64,000 bases of DNA from an uncultured Verrucomicrobiae bacterium. Its GTDB lineage: Bacteria > Verrucomicrobiota > Verrucomicrobiia > Limisphaerales > Palsa-1400. Shown piece after piece: positions 1-12,000 of this stretch. Both the position numbers and the translations under genes were made by a program. How positions within the stretch are numbered: position 1 is the stretch's first letter; each line of letters opens with the position of its first letter. A model generated the notes under the pieces. That model worked only from the letters and a program-made list of their open reading frames with translations, did not search any database and was not told the DNA's origin. The DNA is taken from assembly GCA_963764165.1 (NCBI GenBank), contig CAVXRD010000001.1, forward strand, positions 960,001-1,024,000, read 5' to 3'.

Positions 1-1
1 G

Positions 2-3000
2 GGCGGAATCGCGGGTTACGCTCCAAATAGCGCCGGTGCGGGACAAGCGGATGGCAGCGCCTTCTTCTTGCTCGGCGGAACCAACGAGATCACGGTTGAT
101 CAGGGCAGCAATTGCATCGTCGCAGGCAGCATCGGCGGATGGAGCGGTTCGCCGGGTGTTTTGATAAAAGACGGCCTTGGCTCAGTCACACTTTCTGGAA
201 ACAATAGCTTCCATGGCACGCTCAACATCAATGCCGGCACGGCTCAACTGCTGGGTTACAATACGAATCTCGTCGTTTCAGTTGCCGCGGGCTCTGCCCT
301 GGCCGGAAACGGAACCGTCAACAATTTGACCATGGCTGCCCAGTCAACTCTGGCAGTCGGCGCTGCCATCGGCAAGTTCACTGCTGGAAATGCCACGTGG
401 ACTGGCGCAGGCAATTACAATTGGAAGCTTCACGACGCGAACGGGACGGCGGGAATTGGATACGATGAGCTGAATTTCAGCGGGACACTCGATGTCTCCG
501 AAGCAAGCGGGTTCAATATCAATTTAGAAACAGTGGCCAGTGCAATCACCAACTCCGCCGGCACGGCTGTCAACTTTAACAACTTGACGCCGAACTCATG
601 GACGCTCGTTGACGCGGCTGGAGGCATTATAGGATTCAACGCGGCGAATTTCAACACTCAGACAAATGCCAGTGATGGGTCTGGAAGCTTCGTCAATAAT
701 ATCGGGAGCGGCCAGTTTAATTTAAGCCTCAGCGCCGATAACACCCGTCTGCAGCTCAATTTCAAAGCCGGCCAAATCATCACGCTAGGGACGCAGACGG
801 CTCATTACTACGGCCAGTCTGCATTTTCGCCGGGAGCCACCTCGTCATCCGGACTGGCAGTGCAATACACGGTTGTATCCGGGCCGGCCAGCGTGGCCAA
901 CAATTTGGTGACTATCACCGGGGTTGGAGTTGTCACCGTCCAAGCGTCGCAGGCGGGCAACGCCAACTACACCCCCGCCCAGCCCGTCCCCATCATTTTC
1001 AATGCGGCCCAGGGCACACCCATCGTGAGTTGGGCAAGCCCATCGTCCGTTGTGTATGGAAGCGCGCTCAGCGGCACTCAGCTTAATGCTTCAGCCAATG
1101 TGCCGGGCAGCATGGTTTACACTCCGCCATTGGGCACGATATTGAATGCGGGCACGAACACGCTGAATGTGGCCTTTACGCCCGCCGATACTGTCGACTA
1201 CGCTTCGGTCTCAACAAATGTGTCCCTAGTGGTTTCGCCCGCAACGCAAACGATTAACTTCTCGCTGACCAACACCGGCTACGGAGCGCCGCCAATTACC
1301 CTCGCCGCAACGGCATCGAGCGGGTTGCCTGTGGCATATAGCATCGTTTCCGGCCCCGCTACGGTGTTCGAAAGCACATTGACGATTGACGGCGCGGGCG
1401 CGGTCGCAGTCAAAGCGTCGCAGATCGGCAGCGCGAACTTCAACCCAGCCAGCTCAACATCCAGCTTCACTGTCGCGCGCGCGCCGCTGACAGTTAACAT
1501 CTCCAGCACCACCAATGTTTATGGCACGACGAACATTATCTACAGCGGAACTCTCACGGGCGTGACCAACAATGACAATATCTCCATGACGCTGATCGGC
1601 ACGAACTCCCCAGCACCCTCTTCCGTTCCAGATGCCTTCTCAGGATACCTTGTGGGTTACACCGGATATAATGTCTATCCACTCCAGCTTGCTTGCGATG
1701 CGGCCGGCAATGTTTATGCCGAGTATGAAGTTGTGCAGGGCGCAGGTTCGTTTAGTTTCCAGATTAGCGAATTCAATCCACAAGGCGGCTACATCCAGAC
1801 GATTGCCAGTGTTGATGAACAGGAATATTCCGGGCTGGCGGTCGATGCCGGCAATGTCGTCTACGTGGCGCAAAACTGGCCGTCATCCGCGATCCATAAA
1901 TATAGCGCCAATGGAACTTCCTTGGGAAGTTGGGCGAACAATCTTCAATTCCCACTAGGGGTTGCCGCCGATCACTTTGGGCACGTTTATGTAGCTGATA
2001 ACAACGCTCTCCAGTTCGACACGACTGGAAATTTCCTGGGCACGGTGGGGTCCACTGGCAATGGACCCGGGCAGTACGGCCAGGTTAGGAACATTGCGGT
2101 GGATGCAAATGGAAATGTGTATGTCTTAGCCCCCAATGAGGTGCTCGTTTATGACATAAACCGGAATTGGCTCCGAACGTTTGGCTCCGGCATATTCACG
2201 TTGCCGGACTGCGTGGTGGTGGATATTTACGGCAATGTCTATGTTAGCGACTCCGAGGCGAACACGGTTTATAAATTCAGTCCCGAAGGAAATCTGCTCA
2301 CATCTATTGGCGGCGTTGGATCGGGCAATGGGGAGCTCGATGGGCCGAGCGGTTTGGCCATCGGAACAAACGATGCGCTTTACGTGGCGGACGAGTTCAA
2401 CGCACGGATTGACACATTCACTCCCGCGCTGACTAATGTTTATGCTGGCACGCCGCCCGGAGTTTATCCCATCATTCCTTTGTTCACTGATCCGAACAAT
2501 CGACTGCCCAATTATCTCGTTACAACAAATGCAGGCACGCTCACTGTCACGCAAGCCGTGCAAACGATCACATTTGCGGCCATCTCGACTCATACATTTG
2601 GCGACGCGCCAATTACCTTGCAGGCGACTTCCGACTACACCAACGGATTGAACTTTGTCTTCACCGTTATCTCGGGACCGGCCACGATCTCGGGCGATAC
2701 ACTTACTCTTTCTGGAGCGGGCAGCGTGACGGTGCAGGTGGAATTGGGCAGTGATGGAGACTACGCGGCTCCGGCGCCCGTGCAGCAAACTTTCGTGGTC
2801 AACAAAGCGACACCGGTGCTTACGTGGGGAAACCCCGGGCCAATCACCTACGGCACGGCTTTGGGTGGAACACAACTGAACGCAACGGCGAACACCAGCG
2901 GCAATATTGTATACAGTCCGTCTGGGGGGACCGTGCTCGGGGCTGGAAATTATCTTTTGAACGCCGCCTTTACTCCCGTCGACACGAATGATTACAACAG

Positions 3001-6000
3001 CATCAGCGTTTCCGTTCCGCTCACGGTTAGCCAAGCCACCCAGGGCATAGTATTTAATTCGCTCGCCAATCAGATCTACGGCGTTGCGCCTATTACGCTG
3101 AGTGCCAGCGCTTCCTCCGGGTTGCCGGTGACGTTCTCACTTGTATCCGGCCCGGCCTCGCTTTCCGGCAGCATCCTGACGATCACCGGTGCCGGCACCG
3201 TCACCGTGCAAGCTTCACAGGGAGGCGATTCGGATTACGCTGCGGCGGCCAGTGTCAGCCAATCTTTCAACGTATCTCCGCAAACGCCTGTCATCACGTG
3301 GGCGCCGCTGGCGAATATTGGTTACCTGACTGGTCTGAGCGCAATCCAACTGGGAGCAACCGCGAACGTGCCAGGCGTGATGGCCTATAATCAGACGCCT
3401 GGAACGGTGTTGAATGCTGGCACTTATCAAATTGTGGCCACCTTTACACCCACTGATGCAACCAACTACACAACCACCAGCGAAACAAACACGCTGGTGG
3501 TGAATCGGTTGACGCCTGTCCTAACTTGGGGACTTCTGGCTGGGATAACTTATCCAACGGCATTGGGGGCAAGCCAGCTTGATGCTTCGGCCAATGTTCC
3601 AGGATCGTTTATCTACAACAAGACCAACGGGACAATCCTGGGCGTCGGAACTTATGCTCTCATCGCCTCCTTCACGCCTGCCGACACAACAAATTACACA
3701 CTGGCCAGCGCGACCAATACTTTGATTGTAAGTCAAGGAACGCCTGTCATCACGTGGAATGCATTGACGGACATTTCCTACCCGGCTGCCGTCGGCGCCG
3801 CGCAATTGAACGCCACCGCCAATGTTTCAGGCGTCATCAACTATAGTCTGAACTCCGGCACGGTGCTTAACGCGGGAACTTATTCTTTGATCGCAACTCT
3901 TGCGCCCGCCGATTCGGCAGACTATGCGGCTGTCACCGCCACCAACTCCTTAACGGTCCAGAAGGGCGCACAATCGATTACGTTTGCGTCCCTGCAGGAT
4001 GTTAATTATGGCCCTAGTCCCCTTACTGTTAGCGCCAGCGCGAGTTCCGGCCTTCTGGTCAGCTTCGCCGTTACCGCTGGACCGGCTTCGGTGACCGGAA
4101 ACAGCTTGAGCTTGCAAGGCGCCGGCACCGTTACAGTCGAGGCCAGCCAGGCAGGCAATACCAACTACAACGCCGCATCATCGGTGAGCCGGTCGTTCAA
4201 CGTCTCCACTGCAAATCCTTTCATCGAATGGACTAATCCGGCGGCCATGGTATACGGCGCTCCGCTGAATACAAACCAACTTAATGCCAGCACCTCCGTC
4301 GCGGGGAGTTTTGCTTATCTCCCGACCAATGGAACCGTGCTCAACGACGGAACGAACGTGCTTTCCAGCGTGTTCGCGCCCGCAAATTCCGCGCAATACA
4401 ATGCAGTGACAACCACAGTCGAAATCGTTGTCCTCCCGGCAACCTCCGGCCTCGCTTGGGCCACACCATCGCCGATCAATTACGGAACTGCGCTTGATTC
4501 CAACCAACTCAATGCGACAGCCAGTGTCGCGGGCACATTCATCTATACGCCGGGCGCGGGCGCCATTTTGGATGCGGGCTTAAGCGGTCTCTCGGTGACC
4601 TTTACGCCTGACAACACAAACTACCTCAGCGCCTCTGCGACTGTCGATTTGATGGTCAACGAGGACAGCCAGCCCATCCAATTTTCCAAGATTGGCGATC
4701 AAGTGTACGGCGCCGGCCCCATTACAATGAGCGCCTCCGCGCCAAGCGGGTTGCCGATCACCTTCGCGGTGATCTCCGGCCCCGCGACAAATGCCGGCGC
4801 TTTGCTTTATCTGACAAATGTGGGGCAAGTTACCGTGAGCGCATCGCAGGCAGGTGATCTGGATTACGCAGCTGGCGCAACCAATCAATCGTTCTCTGTG
4901 AAACCCGCCACGCTGACGGTGGTGGCCTCCAACGCAACTCGCGTCTACGGCCAGCCAAATCCTGCATTCACGGGCAGCCTCACTGGGATCGTGCCAGGCG
5001 ATAACATCACCGCCTCGTTCGAGGCCGTCGTTCCAGCGGAACCGACGGTGGCTCCTGTTCACGCATTTAACTTTGGCAACGGCAATTTGCAGACTCCCGA
5101 ATTCCTAGCCATCAGTCCCAATGGCCGGATTTACGTTTCCGACCAGGAAGTCAACGACAATACAAAAGTTAAAATCTTTTCGTCCGCCGGACAGTTCGTC
5201 AGCCAATTTGCGCTGAACATGCCGGACGGTGGATATGATCCTATTGCGCAAGGCGTGGCCTGCGACGCGCAAGGCTGCATTTACGTGGCAGGTGAGTATT
5301 ATACCGGAAATGGATTCGCCAATCCTGTCATACAGAAATTCGACTCCAATGGACTTTATCTCGCTCAATTCCCGGCCCTGTCGACGTATCCGAACGCAGG
5401 CCTCGCCTTGGCTGGAACCAACCTGTTTTACACCAGCTCCAGCTCGGGCATCAGCGCGATTTTTGAATACGATCTCAACGGCAATTTCATTCAGCAATTC
5501 GGCTCCACCGGCTTCGGCCCTGGGCAATTCTATATTCCTGCCGATGTCGCTGTGGATTCCGTCGGCAATGTTTACGGCGTGGATACCTACGACAATCGCG
5601 TCGAAGAATTCAATTCGTCTGCAGCTTACGTCAATCAATGGAGCGTCGGCTATGGCAACTATTCCGGTTATCCGCTTCAATACGGCATCGCCGCCGGCCC
5701 CGATGGTTATATCTACGTCGCGCAGGGCGAAAGCAACACAGTTTACAAGTTCGACGCCAACGGCAGCCCGCTGGCTTCCTTCGGTGCTTTCAACATGCCT
5801 GAAGGCATCCGGATGGACTCATCCTCCAATCTTTACGTCATCGATGCTGGCAACGCCCAGATTCAAGTCTTTACTCCAGCGCCTCCGACTCTCGTTGATG
5901 AGCTCTCTCCGGCAGGCACTTATGCCATTGTTCCCATCCTCAGCGATCCCAATAATCGCCTGTCCAATTATACTACCAACGTGACTGACGGCGTCCTTAC

Positions 6001-9000
6001 CATAATGCCAGCCAGCCAGACGCTCGCATTTGCGCCGGTGCCGAATCAAACCTATGGCGTTCCGCCGGTCACGCTTCAGGCCACATCCGCCACGCCAAAC
6101 TCAGGCCAACCCATTGTGTATTCGGTCGTTTCAGGTCCGGCGACGATTAACGGCGACGTTTTGACACTGACGGGGCCGGGCGAAGTAACGATAGAAGCCG
6201 ATCAGGCAGGCAACAATAATTACAAGACGGCGGCATCTGTGACGCAATCCTTCACATCATACTCTCCGGTTCTGGATCACTTTGTCATCAGCCCCTTGGC
6301 AGCTCAGCTTACTGGCGCCCCGGCTAGTTTTTCCGTGACCGCGTTGAATGCGTCCAACCAAGTCATCACGGTTTTCCAAGGCATGGTCAATTTCGCGAGC
6401 ACAGATCCGCTGGCGACATTGCCCGCGCCCTACACCTACACGATTGCGGACCAAGGGGCGCATATGTTTAACGTCACATTTGGAACCGCTGGCACGGAGG
6501 TGTTAACAGTTCAATCTGGAAACGTCACCAATTCCATTAACGTCCCTGTCATTACGCTAACGACTGTAACGAATGCCAATGATAGCGGCTCAGGTTCATT
6601 CCGGCAGGCAATTATCAACGCCAACGCAGGTTTAGGTGTGGTGGACGCAACACAAATTGCCGGCACCATAGCATTGCAAAGCGCGTTGCCGTTGATTACG
6701 AACGCCATCACGATTAACGGGCCGGGCGACGGGGGCCTGGTCCTTTCTGGTGGCGGGCAAAACCGGGTGTTCTTCGTGGACGCAGGCACCAATGCTGTCA
6801 ATATCAATAATTTGACGATTTCGAACGCCTTCGCCAGGGGCGGCGACGGCGGCGTCGGCAGCGGCGGCGGAGGCGCTGGATTGGGCGGCGGCATGTTTGT
6901 GAACAGTGGAAATGTGGTCATTTCAAACGTCGTCTTCGTGAGCAATTCTGTGGCCGGCGGCAGCGGTGGGGCGTTCGGGCCGCTTTACCAGGCGGGCGGT
7001 GGAGGCGGCCTCGGCGGCAACGGAGGCAATGGGGATGACGAAAGCGGCGGCGGCGGCGGCGGTGGATTTGGAGGCAACGGCGGCGATTCCTATACGACCT
7101 ACGGCGCGGGCGGCGGAGGCGGCGGGTTAATCGGGAACGGCGGCGAGGCGGTGAATGGTGGCGGCGGCGGGGGGGGTGGCCTGACCGACGGCGAGAACGG
7201 AGGCGCGCCCGACTACGGCCTTGCCGGAGTGGATGGAGGCAATGCCGGCCAATTCCAACAACCGGGCCAGAACGGTTTCCTGTATGGCGGCGGCGGTGGC
7301 GCCGGCGCGGGCGAGGGAGTCGGTGAATCCGGCGGTGCGGGCGGCGCCTATGGTGGCGGTGGTGGCGGCTATTGGACCGCACCCGGCGGCGAGGGTGGTG
7401 ATTTTGGCGGCGGCGGTGGCAATGGCGGCGCCGGAGGCTTCGGCGGTGGCGGCGGAGGCGGAGCCATTATCGGGCCCGGGACTGGAGGCTTTGGTGGCGG
7501 CGGCGGTGGCATAGTCACATACTACGGCGCCGGCAGCGTGGCATTCGGCGGCGCGGCGGGCACAGGCGCGGACACAAGTTATGACGCCAGCGACTGGAAA
7601 GGTCCAGGAGGCGGCGGCGGAGCCGCCCTCGGAGCGAATTTGTTCGTGCGCGGGAATAACGGAGCGTCCGTCACGATTGCCAATTGTCAAACGCATGCCG
7701 GCTCGTTGCTAGCCGGCCCGGGTGGAGAGGGAGGCGATAACAATGATGGCCAGCCCGGTTCCACCGATGGCACAACTCTTTTTGCGCTTGGCAATGGCAC
7801 CGTCATTCAAGTGGACGACGGCACCAATAGAATTGACGGTTCCATCGGCGGCTGGGCCGGCTCACCCGCCGTCCTGACAAAAACAGGCGCGGGTACACTT
7901 CAGTTGACAGCGAGCAGCGACTATCCGGGCACGACGTATGTCGCGCAGGGAACCTTGGAGGTCGACGGCAGCATCGCCAATAGCCAAGTCTTGGTAACCA
8001 ACGCCGCCACGTTCACAGGCGCTGGAACGGCTGGAGCGCTTACAACATACAGCGGAGCAACTTTGGCCGCCGGTCCTGGAATGGCAACCCTGACAGTGGG
8101 CGACACCTCATGGCAAGGCGCGGGCACCTTCCGCTGGAAAATCCATGACGCATTGGGCGAATCGGGCAGCTCCTATGATCTTTTGAATGTCAACGGCACG
8201 CTGGATGTCTCGCAGGCTAGCGGTTTCATAATCGACGTCGCGTCATTCTCAGATGCCGCCGCAACTGAATCCGGCAGCGCGTCGAATTTTAACAACCAAG
8301 TTAATCAATCCTGGATTCTCGCGCAAACGACCGGCGGCATCACGGGCTTCAATCCGTCCAACTTTGTCCTGGCCTCCGCGGACTTTTCCAACCCACTCGG
8401 CGGCGGTTCCTTTAGTTTGGATGTCGCCGGTACAAATCTTGTATTGACGTTTACCCCGATGCCGAAAGCGCCGGAAATTGTTGCCACCACTGGCATCGTT
8501 AACGGCGACGGCAGCATTACCCTGAGCGCCGCAGCCATCCCAGACGGGGCGGCGACGGCGGTCTATTTTGAATACGGCCGCTCTACCGCATATGGAATGA
8601 CGACATCCACAAACGCGATTGGTGACGGCTGGCTCGAAATTACCAATGCCGAACTCATCAGCAATTTGCCACCTGCAACACCCTGGCACTTCCGCGCTGT
8701 TGCTGCCAATCGCCTGGGAACGAACTTCGGAGCCGATCAGCAATTCGTCAGCGCACCTGTTTTGGCATCCGTCGACACTCGGCCCGCCACAGGCCTGACA
8801 GGTCAATCGGCCATCCTCAACGCTGTGGTGAATCCGAACAACTCAGATACTGAAGTCTATTTCATCTGGGTCAATGGAAGCGGCGTTGAAAATCTCACGG
8901 CTGCAATGGACATAGGAGCAGGGACGAATCCGGTGCCCGTGAGCGCGACGTTGACTGGCTTGCCATACGCGAGCACAAACAGTTTCAAAATCGTGGCGAT

Positions 9001-12000
9001 AAATGATGCAGGAACGAATATGGGAGACGACGTTACCTTCGTGACGGGTGCCGGCGCGCCTTCAGTCGTCACCTTGCCAAATTTCAAGTCGCCAAGGCAA
9101 TTCGCCGGCACCGTCAATCCTAATGGCGCGGACACCGCCGCCTGGTTCGAATTCGGGGCTACGACGGCGTATGGCTCTTATACCGAGCCCAGCGATCTTG
9201 GCGCTGGAACAGGTAATTCAAGTTTTTACGATTATCCGAATAATCTAACACCCAATGCAACGTATCACGTGCAATTGGTGGCATCCAACAGCTTTGGCTT
9301 GGTGCTGGGCGGCGATGTGCTCTATACCATTCCTCCAAGCGCGCCTAACGCGCAAACATTGCTTGCATCGAACATCACATCAAGCTCCGCCGTGCTCGAA
9401 GGCGCGGCTAATCCAAGCAATTCATCGTCCGTGGCGTGGTTTCAATTTGGAGCGACCACCAACTACGGCAACGCTTCGCCCTCCGTCAACATTGGCGCCG
9501 GATCGGCTTCAACCCCGATGTCGTTCACTCTCTCCGGCCTGACACCGGGATGGCCGGTCCACTATCAACTGGTTGCTTCCAATGGCGCGGGAGTCAGTTT
9601 CGGAAATGATGTCAACATTGTTCCACCCTCCGATGCGCCCGTGGTCGTCACTCTTCCGGCGGAGAACATCCAAGCAATGGGAGCCACTCTGGAAGGCACA
9701 ATTACTCCCAACGGCGTGCCGCTTTCCACCCATTATGAAATTGGCACGAGCACCGCCTACGGGATGTCCAGCGCCACAAACCAGATTCCCGGCTTTCTCG
9801 GCGCGTTGACCTTCGACGGCACCGACCAATACGCCTCGGTGGCGCAACCGTCCGTCCCAACCGGCAATTCCTCTTATACTATCGAGGCTTGGATTCAACC
9901 CAATGTCATGGACTACCAAGGGATTATTGCCTGGGGCGATTATGGCAGCTATAATGGGGTCAACGAACTTACCCTTACCCCAGATGGAATTGATAATGAC
10001 TGGGGAGGCAACGACTTTTCGGTTAATACGCCGAGCTTGACTGGCGCCTGGCATCACGTCGCCGTCACTTATGATGGGAGTTCGCTCGAAATGTACCTCG
10101 ATGGCGCGCTCGTTCAATCGGAAATTCCCTCCGGCGCGCTCGCGGTTGACAATACAAATCTTGCCTTGGGCTTTGCCAACGGCGACTTCTTCAATGGCTC
10201 GCTGGCCGAGGTGAGTGTATGGAACGCGGCGCTGGATCAGACTACCATTAGCAATTGGATGTTAAGCAGCATTTCTCTCAGCCACCCGTTCTTCACCAAC
10301 CTTGCCGCTTACTGGCCAATGAATGAAGTCAGTGGCGGCATCGTGAATGACGACAGCGGCAACGGCAACGCAGCCACTCTGCAAACCACTCCTCAGTGGA
10401 CAAATTTCACCGAATCGCTCCCAATGCCTGTTACCGGCCTCCTAGGTGGAACCACCTATCATTTTCAATTAGTCGCCGGCACGAACCTTGGCGGCGACGC
10501 TAGTTTCACCACCATCACGCCAGCTCTGCCGATAGCCATCACGTTCCCGGCGACGATCAGCGACAGCGGAAAATCAGGCCAGGACGAAACTTTATACGGT
10601 TTGGCCGTTTCCGGCGGGGCCGACACTCTGGTTTATTTCCAATATGGGCCAAATACCAACTACGGCTCCGCGACGGCAGCGCAGGATGCCGGATCCTCCT
10701 TATCGACCACCAATTCCATCAGCGCCACTCTTCCTTATACCGCCGGGCAGCACTACCGTCTCGTTGCTTCGAACGCAGTCGGTGTTGCCTACGGCAATGA
10801 TTTGACAGTGGACTTGCCGCCGTCGCAATCCAGCCAGGCAAATCTCCCGGCCTCGGCCAACTGGTTCGCTTGGGCGGACACGGACGGCGACGGGCATCTG
10901 GATATTGTTTACGACGAAGGCTTCCTTGGAGCGCTGCACAACAACGGCAATGGCTCGTTCTCCAGTCCCATCACCTACGGCTCGTCGTTGACCTTCGGCT
11001 CCGCCGCTGTCGCCGACTTCAATAACGACAATCTGCTGGATGTTTTTTTCACAGGATCCTTCCGCCTGAGCAAATTTGGCTCTACTCTGATGGAACAGAT
11101 TTGGCAGAACCGGGGCAGCAGTGGATTATCGCCGCTGAACAATACTGGCCTGCCCTACAACGACGGCCAGGCGCTGGCGGCCGATTTTGACAACGATGGC
11201 AAAGAGGATATCCTTTTGCTGGCAGCCAGTGGGGGGAGTTCCATCCAGCTATGGCACAATAACGGCAATGGAACCTTCTCCTACATCAATTCCGGGCTGC
11301 CTTCACTCAGCTATGCTGCCGCCGCTGTCGGTGATTTTGACAAGGATGGCTCTCTCGATGTCGTGCTGAGTGGTCTCGATGTCGACGGGAATCCTGTTTG
11401 CGAAATTTGGCACAACCTCGGCAATGGAACCTTTACGAATATCCATGCGACCCTTCCAGCATTATACCGCGGCGGTCTGGCAGTCGCAGACTTTGACAAT
11501 GATGGGTACCCCGATGTTCTGATCACAGGTTTGGAGGCGAACAACAATGCCACAGGCGGCATTTGGCGCAACCTGGGCAATGGCTCTTTCACGAACTACG
11601 CGGCCATTCCCGGCATGTTCGGCGGCCAGGTGGCTGTGGGCGATTTCAATAACGATGGCCTGCTGGACATCCTTATTTCGGGCGATGACTCCGGTTTTAA
11701 TCCCCAGCTCCAATTGTTGCTCAATCTCGGCCAGGGCAATTTTACCCCGTTCCCAACCGGCCTCCCACTCCTGAACTCCCCCATCCTTGCGTTTGGCGAT
11801 TACAATAACAATGGCCTGCTGGACGTTCTCATAGCCGGTTACCAAGGCGGCAATTCTGTTGTCCAGCTATGGAACAACAATTGTTCTGTGTCCAACACGC
11901 CGCCGACGGAACCTTCCAATTTGTCCATCGCGTTTGGCGGCGGCGAGGCTGTCCTGAGTTGGAGCGCGGCCAGCGACGCCCAGACGCCTGCCGCCGCTTT

